Below are positions 37,277-49,850 of a stretch of DNA of 64,000 nt, piece after piece; the first letter of the stretch is position 1, and the number at the start of each line of letters is the position of its first letter. The notes under the pieces were generated by a model, which saw nothing but the letters and a program-made list of their open reading frames with translations, ran no database searches and was not told where the DNA came from. Position numbers and translations under genes: made by a program. The DNA comes from Eledone cirrhosa (lineage: Eukaryota). Where the stretch lies: positions 70,866,001 through 70,930,000 of the forward strand of contig OZ024741.1 in NCBI GenBank assembly GCA_964016885.1, read 5' to 3'.

Positions 37277-37979
37277 TAATAATACAACACACATTGGATA
37301 ATTTCAAATGTAATGGAAGGTATACTTCTTTGATAAACAGTCCCACACTGTAAATGTGGTTGGTGTTAGGAAGGGGATCCAGCTGAAAAATACCCAGCCA
37401 AATTTATAGTCCTCGCCGGAGCAAGGTACAACATGGTCAGACTTGCCTCCCAGCATGGATGACCTGTCTAACCCATGCAAGCAAAACGGAAATGATGATA
37501 CAATTTTAAAGAGGAACAAACGTTTTATAGCCATTTTTCCCAACTAAAATACGGGCTAGTCTTGTAGGCCCCATGACAGGCTTCATATTCATCGCAGGGT
37601 TTGTGTACATTACATTTCAAATTATCCTAAATTACTGTGTAGTGTATTTACTATATTGTCATTGTCAGGTGTGTTTTGAGCGAAAGGTGACTTATTTTTA
37701 CTGCCATATAGTGGCTTCCAAATTGGCTCATTTATATGTCTAAACATACATGAGACTGCTGTTTCTGTCAAGTTCAATTATAACAGAAGTCTCCCTCGTT
37801 GGCTCACACATAGTTATATGTGCCAGTAGGGTTTGATTGGAGGGAGATCTGCTAATTCTTATACATTGTACTACTACATAGAAACCTCCTTTATTGGCTC
37901 GGAGATAGATAAGTCGATATACATATATAAATAAATATATTTATAACAATAATAATAATAATCCACCGCCCTGTAGTAA

Positions 37980-38180
37980 TAATAATAATAATTGTTTCTA
38001 CTTTTGGCACAAGGCCAGCAATTTCCCAGTGCATTACTGGTACTTTATTTTATCAACCCCGTAAGGATGAAAGGCAAAGTTAACCTCGACGGGATTTGAA
38101 CTCAGACCGTAAAGGGACGTAACTATGCTGGAAAGCATGGTGTCCGACTCTCTACCGATACTGCCAATTCACCGCCCTAA
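37980..38180 (-). mobile_element. Family-2 SINE in (TAA)n
   Basis: Full-length copy flanked by TAA repeats. Confidence 0.82.
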
Positions 38181-38239
38181 TAATAATGAAGTCTAACTGC
38201 GAGCACGGGCAGTTTCAGCTTATAACTTCTCCAAGTTTC

Positions 38240-38244
<5 letters not shown>

Positions 38245-38276
<32 letters not shown>

Positions 38277-38418
38277 AAGACATTATTAATTGACACTAAT
38301 AAGACCATTATTCAACTTAAAACTCATTACTTTAAAGTACCACCCAGCCACACACACACATATATATGCAAGTGTGTGTTTATGTGTATGTATATATACT
38401 AAACACACACACACTCAC

Positions 38419-38508
<90 letters not shown>

Positions 38509-38879
38509 ATACGTGTGTGTGTGTGTATTGTTCGTATGTATGTATGTAGGGGTATAAACAAACAAATGAATATTTGTTTTGGTGGAATAGAGTAACATAA
38601 GAATTTCTTGGCACCAATCCAATATGTTCTACATAGACTAGAGAATGGTTACATGAATGGAATTAGGAGAGAGAGAGGGAGAGACTGACAGACAGGGACA
38701 AAAGGAAATAGACAGACAAACTGACAGACAGAGAGGGAAAGAGGGAGACAGAAGGAAACAGAGAGAAAGACAAAGGGCAACAGAGAGAGAGAGAGAGAGG
38801 CAGGTAGAGATACACAAACAGACAGACAGGTAGAGATAGACAAACAGACAGACAGTCAGAGAGACAGAGATAGACAGAC

Positions 38880-38914
<35 letters not shown>

Positions 38915-39194
38915 CAGGCAGAGAGAAGCCCAATCTGTCTATTATGTTACAAGAGGATGTAGTTGTCAACATTGTATGAAGTTGAATTAACAGTTAGAAC
39001 AGAAACAAATCAGTTGACAAAACAGAAAACAGAACAAACCATTACATCTAGACAGCAGCAGCAGCAGCAACAACAGCAACAACAGCAACAACAACAACAA
39101 CAGCACAACACACATTAACAACAACAGCAACAATAACAGCAGCAACAACATCAACAGCAGCAATAACATCAACAACATTAGCAGCAGCAGCAGC

Positions 39195-39234
<40 letters not shown>

Positions 39235-39260
39235 GCAGCAGCAGCAACAACAACAACAGC
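38245..39260. repeat. Compound microsatellite block: (TG)n, (GA/GACA)n, (CAA/CAG)n
   Basis: Directly visible. Confidence 0.92.
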
Positions 39261-39431
39261 AAGTCTTTCTGGCTGATAAGTAAAAAAAAAAAAAGAAACT
39301 TCATTTCCCAACCATCTTACATTCACACCTTTCATACCACTCAAGCACTGTTTAGTTTTTACCTTTTATTTAATGACTACCACCACTGCCACCACAAACT
39401 ACCACTACTACTACTACTATCACCACTACCA

Positions 39432-40272
39432 ACATTCGTTTCTGATTTAGACAAGGTTTGCAACTTGGGGGTGGGGGATAAGATCGATTAAATCATCCCC
39501 AGTGCATTACTGGTACTTTATTTTATCGATCCCATAAGGATGAAAAGCAAAGCTAACCTCAGCGGAATTTGAACTCAGAATGTAAAGGGACATAACTCTA
39601 TGCCACAAAGTATGTTGTCCGATACTCTACAGATACTGCCAATCTACCATACTACCGCTACTAGCCACCCCTTGACCAATTTGGTCTCATTTTAAAAGAG
39701 TTATCAGTAAGCAATAAATAAGTAAACATCTATAAGCAGCCAAATTATTCATTATATAATAATTGTTTCTACCTTTGGCACAAGGCCAGCAATTACCCAG
39801 TACATTACTGGTACTTTATTTTATCGACCCCGTAAGGATGAAAGGCAAAGTTAACCTCGGCGGGATTTGAACTCAGACCATAAAAAGCCGTAACTCTTTG
39901 CTGCAAAGCATGGCATCAGACCCTCTACCAATATTGCCAATCCCATAACTCCTGATAGAGTTGTAGGGGCATCGTAGTGACATACAGCATTTCTTGGGCA
40001 TTTACAGCCCGGTGGCGCCCACCCCTCCCCAGGCCTCAGTACAGCAGATTTCTTCCAGCAAAAGATAGAAAGTGAGAGAGAGAGAGGAAATGAGAAAGAG
40101 GTATAGAAGAAGAATCGACCCCAGTACTAGACTGGTACTTTTTTTATCAACCTCGAAAGGATGAAAGGCAAAGTTGACCACGGCGGGATTTGAACTCCGA
40201 AAGCAGAGAAACGGAAAGAATAGCATACAGCATTCTATCCGACATTCTAACAACTCTGCCAATTCACCGCCT
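39432..40272 (-). mobile_element. Cluster of three family-2-related SINEs
   Basis: Core motif GGTACTTT..TTTATC.A.C..AAGGATGAAA.GCAAAG at ~39510, ~39810 and ~40135. Confidence 0.72.
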
Positions 40273-40359
40273 ATATAATAATATATGCATATGTCTTAAC
40301 TCTTTTGATACCAAGCCACTTAAAACTGCCTTTTGTTCTTTGATGCAAAGCTGTTCATT

Positions 40360-40581
40360 TTAACTCTTAACATCCTGTAATTATTTAGCAGAAAATATCT
40401 ATGAAAAAAGTTTGCTAAATCAAATGTTAATAATATCTTTACAAATGAACAGATAATTGTGAAAATTTGCAGTAAACTAAAGACAATAATTTTTAATGTG
40501 ATGCAGTCGTGGTACCATTTTGTACTTTTCAAGAATACCTTGCTAATGCTGTCTCATCTAGTACAAGATGTTAAGAGTTAA
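40360..40581. mobile_element. TTAA-flanked MITE, family a, nested in a larger TTAA MITE (~40296-40899)
   Basis: TTAA|CTCTTAACATCCTGTA ... TACAAGATGTTAAGAG|TTAA, in opposite orientation to 2509-2738. Confidence 0.8.
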
Positions 40582-40978
40582 AGAGTTTATATTTATCCCA
40601 AATCATCCCATCATAATTTTATGTAAGAATTTTAGTTCCTCCACCCCCTTTTTTTTCATTACTTAATTTTGTTTTTATCGTTTTTTAATATTTCCATCAT
40701 TGTATAACTTTTGTTCAATAAATACAAGTTTTTTTTCATGTGTTCTGTGGCCAGAAATAGGAAACCAGGAATTAATTTGGACAAACCTGTCATTCAACTC
40801 CAACTAAATAATGAGAAATCTCTCCAAATTTTTATTTTCAAAACTATTAAAAACTATAGACAGTATCTGTTATTAGAAATATGGTATCGAGAGGTTTAAA
40901 GAATATGTTGTCTGCATTTCAATGAACTATATACATGCAGCATGCGAAAACGTCTAGTTTAGTGGTTAGGCTATTTGG

Positions 40979-41129
40979 CAGAGCCATCTTAACAATATAG
41001 GCCCCTGGGTAAAGCAATGACCTGGAGCCTCTACATACACAACCACAACACATAGATTAGCATTGTGTTCTTAGATCTAGTAGGGCCCTAAGCAACTGCC
41101 CAAAGTCCTCATGCTTTAAGACAGCTCTA
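40979..41129. mobile_element. Small hAT-like MITE
   Basis: Imperfect TIRs CAGAGCCATCTTAA / TTAAGACAGCTCTA. TSD not clear. Confidence 0.4.
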
Positions 41130-41209
41130 GTATTCAACTCACAAATTTAAGATTGTGAGTTTGGTGATGGTGATGGTAGTAGTCGTAGTGGTGGTGGTGG
41201 TAGTAGTAT

Positions 41210-41259
<50 letters not shown>

Positions 41260-41733
41260 ATGGTAGTAGTAGTAATTTTTTAAGAAGCCTGGTCAAAGCA
41301 AAATGTCAATGTAACCTTTTGAAACTTGATCAAATATTTAAAAGCTCACTCAAGTAAATTGCACTGAATTAATAACTAGACAATAGAGAAAGTTAATATA
41401 TACATGAATTTGGTTTATTGTTGTTAAGCTCCTGGCCTACTCTGATTGAGCAAACCTATGGTATTTCAATAGTGACCATCTTGGGCATCAGTAACAGGAT
41501 ATTTCAGAAAGTTCAACTCTTTAGCATTTAAACTAGTTGTATCTGGCCAGAATTCTCTCACCTTTCTGTTCAAACCAGCTGTAATTGGCCATTCATACTG
41601 ATGTTAAGGTATTGTTCTCAAAATAATCTAAACTGAACATCATCATTCTCAATCTCATTTGTCTTGGAGGGCCTGCAAAGGTCATGAGCCTGTACCTTTC
41701 CTCCAGACCAAATGAATAATGTTTTTATTTTTT

Positions 41734-41962
41734 TTAACCCATTAGCATTAAACTGGCTGTATCTGGCCAGAATTCTCTTACTTCTTTCTGTTCAAACCAG
41801 CTATAACCAGCTGCTCATGCTTATGTTAAGGTATTGTTCTCTAAATAAATAATATCAAAATCTCGTAGATTCGATATAATGTGAGATAATTATGTGAAAT
41901 AAAAGTGTTTACCATGAAAATACAATAGTAAATATATAGTAATGTAAATGCTAAAGGGTTAA
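41734..41962. mobile_element. TTAA-flanked MITE, family b
   Basis: TTAA|CCCATTAGCATT ... AATGCTAAAGGG|TTAA. A partial copy precedes it at ~41513-41630. Confidence 0.82.
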
Positions 41963-42099
41963 GCCTGCTAACATTGAAAACTGGCATAAACTGGTGATGA
42001 TGTCTAGTTTCAGACTGCGATGACTTATCTAACCCATACCAGTAGAGAAGAAGATGTAATATAATGATGATGTTAATGATGGTTTAAAAATAAACTTAC

Positions 42100-42240
42100 A
42101 ATTGGGTTGTCCTTGAAATAGTGCAGTTTGTTGGTGTTGGAATCCAGCAGGAAGTATCTCCGTTTAAATACACCTGTGTTCTCATCTTCTTCAATGTTAA
42201 GAAAGCCACAAGTTCTGCCATATTGATCCTGATATGGCAT
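42100..42240 (-). CDS. PLEKHA1: PLEKHA1/2 (TAPP1/TAPP2-like) PH-domain protein, first coding exon
   Basis: Reverse complement reads MPYQDQYGRTCGFLNIEEDENTGVFKRRYFLLDSNTNKLHYFKDNPI followed by a GTAAGT donor. This closely resembles the vertebrate TAPP1 N-terminus ([33 protein letters not shown]...). A polypyrimidine/AG acceptor at 42480-42500 suggests a 5'UTR part of the exon at 42241-42479. Paralog assignment (PLEKHA1 vs PLEKHA2) is not resolvable. Confidence 0.92.
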
Positions 42241-42572
42241 TTTGAACTAACTTCACCGATATGACATTACAAATTCTTTGGTCTTCTTAATTAAGAAGAG
42301 CCAAAAGTTGTTTTCACTTTCACTATATTCTTCCTTTCTTTCTTTCTCTCTTCCTTTACTTAAATTCTGTAAATTCTTAATTGGCAATTATCTTTATTAT
42401 ATCCTTTTCTTCTTTATTTGTTTTTCGTATTACTCTGCTTCCTGCTGTGTGGCAGTTTTCAACAAATGATAATTGGTTCCTAAAATAAAATAAAAAAACA
42501 TTTAATAATAATAATAATAACAATAATAATAATAACGATAATGATAATAATAACAACAACAACAATAATAAT

Positions 42573-43302
42573 GATTTCTTTATTAGCCACACAGAGTTCA
42601 CATTAAGGAAACATTAAAGGTGATACAGGACGATAGTGTGGGTTGTTCTTTGTGTAAAATAAAATTAATAAAAGAGACTAAGAAAATAAACATTTAAAAC
42701 AAACTTAACAAATTCCCCAAAGGTGAGGAGACTAAGGGTTATTCATGTAGAAATCCCACAAAAGTCATGGTCACCCTATCTGATAGGGCAAAGTGCCCTC
42801 TCCCAGTTTTTCTACTCCAATTTACAGGCGTATGCTCAAGACAGGCCCATTCACACGAACCATCCTTGCCACTCTCACCCACCTTTCAACAAACTGGTTG
42901 GAAGGCAGCACTTCCCTCACCACCCTGATTTGCCACTTCAAGTGAAATCTGAAAAAATTAATCAGGGCTTCATCAAAGAGGAAAATGGCAGTCTTCAACC
43001 TTTTCAAACCCATCCACCACACAACCTCTTTCACCATGGCCACCAGGCAGATAAAAACTGCCTGTCCTTCCTCTGTAAGGGAGGACGACAGGGCAATCTT
43101 CACAATGAACATAGTTGATAGTCAGATCTGTCCTACATGTGACAGCAACTGCTCAACATAAACCCACAGGTCAGCAATACGCAGACACACGACGAGTGCA
43201 TGCAGGACGGTTTCATTGCCCTGTGCGCACCTCAGACAGGCCCGACCGATGGCACTTCCATGTCTGTAGAGTTTATACCGAACTGGCAAAGCTCCTCCGT
43301 AA
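42573..43302 (-). mobile_element. Tx1-clade 5'-truncated element with (ATT/GTT)n tail
   Basis: Minus-strand peptides GALPVRYKLYRHG..CLRCAQGNETVLHALV and AVFICLVAMVKEVVWW..RWVRVARMVRVNGPVLSIRL*. The terminus GTGGCTAATAAAGAAATC is followed by (ATT/GTT)n. Confidence 0.88.
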
Positions 43303-43306
43303 TTTG

Positions 43307-43415
43307 TAATTTCTTGTATTAGTTGCAAGGGCTCACGACATGGGGGACATTACAAGGATCAAATACAAAAAGAGTGTGTGTAGCAAGGGTGGTGTTGAGA
43401 AAAATTGTGAAATCA
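43307..43415 (-). mobile_element. Tx1-clade 3'UTR-only fragment
   Basis: Minus strand TGTAATGTCCCCCATGTCGTGAGCCCTTGCAACTAATACAAGAAAT resembles the Tx1 terminal motif. It abuts the 5' truncation point of the next Tx1 fragment. Confidence 0.6.
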
Positions 43416-43444
43416 AGAACAACAATAAAGAACAATAATAAATA

Positions 43445-44560
43445 AATAATTCTTTCTGCAGAAGGCCATCAAATTTGGAGAAAGACCAAAATTGATTAAA
43501 TCAACTCCAGTACTTAACTGGTACTTTATTTTATCGACCCTGAAAGGATGAAAAGTAAATTGGAATTGGACCTAGAACACAGAGACTCTGCCAAATCAAC
43601 TGCCTTTACAATTATAAATAAATAATAAATAACAATGATAAGACTTATAATAAAAAACAATATTAAAAATAACAACAATAAACAATAATTATAATAATAA
43701 TAATAATTATAATAATAATTATTATTATAATAATGATTTATCATTTAGACACAAGGCCAGCAATTTTTGAGAACAGGGAAAGTTAATAATATTAACCCAG
43801 ATAGTTGACTGGTATTTTATTTGAATTCAGAATGTAATGGGTCAGATGAAATACCACATAGCAATGTGTCAGATGTTCTAAAGATTTTGTCAATTTACCG
43901 CCTTAACAATAATTTCTAATTTTGGCACAAGGCCAGCAATTTGAAGAGGAAGGGAAAGTCGATTAAATCGACACCAACGCATTACTCGTTCTTTATTTCA
44001 TCAACCTTGTAAGGATGAAAGGCAAAGCTAACCTCAGCGGGGTTTATACTCACAATGTTAAGACCCAGTAGAAATACTTTAAGTATTTTTTCAAACACTA
44101 AAAATTCTGCCAATCCACCACCTTAATAATAATTGTTTCTACTTTTGGCACAAGGCCAGCAATTATCCCAGTGTATTACTGGTACTTTATTTTATCGACC
44201 CCGTAAGGATGAAAGGTAAAGTTAACCTCGGCGGGATTTGAACTCAGATCATAAAGGGCCGTAACTCTGTGCTGCAAGGCATGGTGTCTGACCCTCTACC
44301 GATACTGCCAATCCACCACCCTTAATAATAATAATGGTTTCTGATTTAGGCACAAGGCCAGCAATTAACAATAATAATAATTGTTTCTACATTTGGCACA
44401 ACACCAGCAAAAGAAGGGGAAAGCCGATTATTTCAACCCTAGTACTTAATTGGTACTTTATTTTATTGACCCTGGAATGATGAAAGGCAAAGTTGACCTT
44501 GGAAAAATTTGAACTCAGAGTACAGGCAGCCAGAACAAATACTGTCAATACTGAAATTAT
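43445..44560 (-). mobile_element. Stack of 5-6 same-orientation family-2 SINEs/fragments separated by (TAA)n
   Basis: Repeated ...TTTGGCACAAGGCCAGCAATT... termini at ~43745, 43920, 44145, 44345 and 44390, plus a degenerate copy at 43445. Confidence 0.82.
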
Positions 44561-45268
44561 GAAATACAAAGTGGAGACCCTGGTAGATTTTGAACTAAAA
44601 AAATAAAATAAATGTAAAAAGAATGTAACTAACTACAGAGAAAGAGAAGAAAGAGAGAGTCAGAGAGAGACTATTTGCTGCTAATAGAGGAGAAAGAAAA
44701 ACCATCAACTTATTTCACTCCTATCTTAGACTAGTATACTATACTTTCATTACAGCCACACCCAGCTTTAATGATGTCATCTGGGAGTCATCTAAGTAGT
44801 CCGTGGACTTTATTTCACATGTGTATACCTAAATACTGCTAGACATGTCCTAGATAAATAGTCATGTCTTCTCAGCCTGTCAGGAATTCCTCTCTATCTT
44901 TCATCAATTAATTGCTTGCACAAAGTACATAGTCTATGGGCTCTGAACTCCTGATGAAGTCATAGGGTTGTTATGCCATTGTGGTATGCATTGAGTCTTT
45001 GTCATTGTAAACCAGGTGGAGCCCATCTCTCTCCAAATATAAACAGCCAATTTATTCCTTGAGAAACAGAGAGAAACAGTGAAAGAGAAGGTGAAAAAGA
45101 GAGACAGAGGAAGAATCATCACCAGAACTGGACTAGTATTTTATTTATCAGCCTTGGAAAAGATATAAGGCAAAGTTAACTTCAGCAAAATTTGAACTTA
45201 TAATGTAGAACGTTGGAATGAATACTGCATCCAGTATATTAGCAATAAAAATCAATTACTACAATATA

Positions 45269-45370
45269 CAGGGTGTCCCCAAAAATGTATACATACACTT
45301 TGATTACCTGTCCAGGAAATATTTATTAGAATGCTGTTGATATGTGTATACATTTTTTGGGGACACCCTC
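45269..45370. mobile_element. Tc1/mariner-type MITE (102 bp)
   Basis: TA|CAGGGTGTCCCCAAAAATGTATACA ... TGTATACATTTTTTGGGGACACCCTC|TA: ~25-bp TIRs and a TA duplication. Confidence 0.85.
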
Positions 45371-45610
45371 TATCAACAGAGTAATTAGAATGTCAGATTA
45401 AAAGCCTCAATATTTGTTCAAGCTCTCTGGGCTCTGAGTTTAAATTCCACCAAGGTCAACTTTGTCTTTCATCTTTTTGTGGTTGATAAAATAAAGTTCT
45501 AATCCAGAGTTGAGTGAATTAGTGGAATTGTTAAAGAGTCAGATGGGATACTTTGCAGCATCTGCTCCAATTCTTTGTGTTTTAAGTTCAAATCTTGCTT
45601 CCTGATAGCA

Positions 45611-45829
45611 TTAACTCTTTAGCATTTAAACCGGTTGCATCCAGCCAGAATTCTCTCATCTCTTTCTGTTCAAACTAGCTGTAACTATTGACGTTAAGGT
45701 ATTGTTCTCAAAATAAATAACATAAAAATCTCGTAGATTCGATATTATGCAAAATAATTACGTAAGATAAAGCCTTTATCACAAAAATACAATAGTATAT
45801 ATAGAATAATATAAATGTTAAAGGTTTAA
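45611..45829. mobile_element. TTAA-flanked MITE, family b
   Basis: Colinear with 7443-7671. Confidence 0.78.
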
Positions 45830-45987
45830 AGCATTGATGCTTCTGCTAGAAATTGTGACCAACATATAGTATCAGCAGTAAAATGTAAATATGATTTCCT
45901 TGGTTTAATTTGATGATAGGTTCATTTTGTTTCAATCACCAAAATCTTTAATTCTTTCGATATCTCTCTCTCATTTATATATATATA

Positions 45988-47127
45988 TATTTAATACAAT
46001 AACAGAGATAGCTTAAAGCTAAACTCCGACTGGTAACCATCTCACTCAACAAACATTAGGTTATATGTTAGTATAAACCCAATTTAAGTGTTTGTGGAAA
46101 GCCAGTTGTATTATTTTATGAGATATAATTAAAGTTAAAATATATTTCTCTTTCCAAACAATTGTTTCATTATAAGTTTTCTACAAATTGGGAGAATGTT
46201 TCCAGTTTATGTAGAAGCCTAACATATATTCATGTAAGAATATATTTAGGTGGGCACTTATAAATCTTCAGTGGAAGCCCATTAAACTTTGATATAAGAA
46301 AAAATTCTTACCGCAGTTAAAAATCGTGTCTGCTAAGCTGCTCCTTCACGCATCGAATGACCACCAAATTTGAAATTCCAGCAGTCTTTTGACTGAGGAA
46401 GTTTCATAGCGTCACGAAGCGGGAAAGGGAGACAACCACGATTCATGAGAAAATAATATACACATGGGTTAATTAGTTTTTTCAAAAACATTATCAATCC
46501 AACGTGTTAAGAACGCAATTGAAATTAAAAAAATAAATGTATGCGTGTATTAATTACACACGCATATAGATATTTTCTTAGGCTAAAAACAGAAGTGATA
46601 CCTAAATAACAAACCGCATCTCATAACCGTTGTAAATACGGAAAGTTACGCTTTAAAAGGCGATTGGGAATGTAAATCTCTGGCCAAATTAAGAGTAAAA
46701 TATTTAATACACGCGGGTCAATTAGTTATTTCAAAACTATTATCCATTCCACGTGTTAAGAACTCAATTAATTTAAAAAAATAAATGTATGCATGTAATT
46801 ATTTACACACGCATATATATATTTTCTTAGGCTAAAAACAGAGAAGTGACAACCAAAAAACCTCCATATCACATAACAGTAATAAATACGGAAAGTCATG
46901 TTTATAAGGTACCTGGAAATAAATACCTCTGGCCAAATCAAGAGTAAAATATTTAATACAATAACAGAGATAGCTTAAAGCTAAACTCCGACTGGTAACC
47001 ATCTCACTCAACAAACATTAGATTATATGTTAGTATAAACCCAATTTAAGTGTTTGGGGTGCTAACTATATGTATTTTGTGGAAAGCCAGTTGTATTATT
47101 TTATGAGATATAATTAAAGTTAAAAAA
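45988..47127. repeat. Local nested direct duplications in an unclassified repeat
   Basis: 45988-46140 recurs at 46948-47127, and ~46455-46710 recurs at ~46710-46960. Confidence 0.8.
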
Positions 47128-47164
47128 GGTTACAATCAGTAAAGATATAAAAAATTGAAAATGA

Positions 47165-47348
47165 AATAATTGTTTCTACTTTTGGCACAAGGCCAGCAAT
47201 TATCCCAGTGTATTACTGCTACTTTATTTTATCGACACCGTAAGGATGAAAGGCAAAGTTAACCTCGGCAGGATTTGAACTCAGATCAGAAAGGGGCATA
47301 ACTCTTTGCTGCAAAGCATGGCGTCCGACCCTCTACCAATACTGCCAG
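47165..47348 (-). mobile_element. Family-2 SINE
   Basis: Near-consensus copy. Confidence 0.82.
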
Positions 47349-47644
47349 AATGTAATAAGGACACTAATACACACACTCCACATTGTGTTCCAACTTGTTA
47401 CCAAGACTACCTAATGATTGTCTTGTTTTCAATCTTCATTTTTGATTTTTTTCCAATATAAAGTGTGAAACTAATAAGACTTTTTGTACCTCTGTTTGTT
47501 GTCTCCTTCAACTATATTTTCCATGCTTATGCGGCAATCTTTGTATTTCAAACCTGGATATTTACCTACGCCTTGTGACAGCTCTATTTACCATCCTGTC
47601 CAGCTAGCAGATTAGCCACAGACCTCGAATATTTGGATTATTTA

Positions 47645-47694
<50 letters not shown>

Positions 47695-47695
<1 letters not shown>

Positions 47696-47975
47696 GAGGC
47701 GCATGGCCTAGTGGTATGGGTGTTGGACTTATAATCATAATGATGGGCGTTCGATTTCTGGGCTGGGTTGTGTGTTGTATTCTTGAGCAAAACACATCAT
47801 TTCACATTGCTCCAGTATACTCAGCTGAAAATGGGTACCAGCAGTAGCTGGGGGTTTAACCCTGCAATGGACTGGTGTCCTGTCCAGGGGGAAGTCTTGT
47901 ACTCTCAGTCACTTCATGCAATGAAACCAGGTTAAGCACTGGCCTAATGAGGCTTCTGGCATAAGACTGACTTTA
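47695..47975 (+). mobile_element. tRNA-derived SINE with family-1-like head and a different tail
   Basis: GGAGGCGCATGGCCTAGTGG...GTTCGATT...CTTGAGCAAAACAC head, with a distinct 3' part ending in (GACTTA)n. Confidence 0.7.
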
Positions 47976-49093
47976 GACTTAGACTTATATATATATACAT
48001 ATATATTCAGTGTTGCATCATAACATATTACATATGTTTCACTATCGATCAGCTCGAGGCAAGACCTATTATAGATCGAACCTGACTCTGTAATCGAAAA
48101 GTCGTCAGATATGTTTAGTATATGAATTCATCCCCATATATATATATATATGTATGGTTGAATATGTATGTGTTAGGGATAGCATCTAATATGTGCATTA
48201 TGAATGTGTGCATATATATATATATATGTGTGTGTGTGTCTATGTATATGTGTGTATGTTTTGAGTTATCCTTCTCACTCACCACATAACTCCTCTGGCA
48301 GTAGTTTCAAATGATTTAACTAACGACCACCACCACCAAATGCTGTCTTCTCTTCCCATTAATCCAACTTGTTTTAAGCTCTGACAGCTGTCTCATCACC
48401 ATTTAGAAATTAGATAGCCAAATAAAGCAATAACTTTATAATTAATTAGGAATATGTTAGAAAAAATGGAAAAGGAAATGGTTAGCACCAAAGTGCCAAA
48501 GTGAACAGAGGATTTTGGTACGGTTTTATGTAATGAAATCTGTTGATGAATTGTATTGACAAGCATAATTTTGTAATAATTTTTTTTTGCTTTTTTTTTT
48601 TTTTATGGATAAGGGTGGGGTGGAACTTGAGAGGGTTGGTGGGGAGCTTCACCTCCATCCCTTCTTCTCACTATCCTATGTAATATCTAACCATCTAACA
48701 CCAGTTTAATAACTCATATTGTTGGATATTATATCTTCATAAAGTAAAAGACATTTTGGAATCTAACAATGGACAAAGAAAGGAGGAAAAAAGGTGGAAG
48801 ACAGAAAGAAAGAAAGAAAGAATGAAAAAGAAAAATGGGGAGATAAAGAATTAAAGAAAAGAAGAGAGAAAAGGTAAAAAGAAAGAAAAAAAGAGTAAAA
48901 GAAAGATGGAGGGAAAGAAAGGAAGAAGGAAGGGGGGGAGAAAGATTAAGAAGACAGAAAAATACAGAAAGATTTCAGTGAAGAAAAAGGAAATTATCAT
49001 CATTTCATCTTCACTGTGTTTACATTTGCTTTTCTATGTTAAAAACAGGTAAAAAAGAAGAAGAAGAAGAAGAAGAATATATATATACATAGT

Positions 49094-49487
49094 GAAGGCG
49101 CATGGCTTAGTGGTTAGAGCATTGGGCTTGCAATCGAAAGGTTGTGAGTTCAATTCTCAGACCAGGTCATGTGTTGTTTCCTTGAGCAAGACACTTTATT
49201 TCACATTGCTCCAGTTTACTCAACTGTAGAAATGAGATGATAGGACTGGGGTCTCTATCATTCCACTGCAAAGTGGTCGTGGAGGTGCCACGGCAAAAAA
49301 GCACCCAGCCCACACTGTAAATGAGGTTGGTGTTAGGAAGGGCATCCTGCTGTAGAAATCAAGCCAGAATCAGTTCCCATATGAGCAAGACAAGGTCAGC
49401 CGACCAGACACTGCCCACAACAGGACAACTTGTCTAACCCATGCTAGCATGGAAGAACGGACATAAAACGGTGATGATGATAATGAT
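49094..49487 (+). mobile_element. tRNA-derived SINE, family 1, full length
   Basis: Colinear with 729-1171 but with a single internal unit. Confidence 0.85.
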
Positions 49488-49496
49488 ATATATATG

Positions 49497-49850
49497 CACA
49501 CACAGCCTCCAACAACACACTTAAACCACACACACACATTCTCAGTCTCCAGCCAACATCCTTAAACCACACACACACACACACACACATAGCTCTACCC
49601 CACACCCTTAACCCACATATATTCCCACACAGCTTTAAGCTCACACCCTTACACCATACCCACACATCCTTACACCCACACACAGCTTCAAGCTCACACC
49701 CTTACACCATACACTGACACCCACACACACAGCTTCAAGCTCACACCCTTACACCATACACAGACACCCATATCCTTACACCCACACACAGCTTCAAGCC
49801 CCCTCCCCAGTCTCCCATTAACACCCTTACACCCCCAACACATTCCCACA
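49497..49850. repeat. CA-rich minisatellite (CACACAGCTTCAAGCTCACACCCTTACACCATAC)
   Basis: Several tandem degenerate units. Confidence 0.8.
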
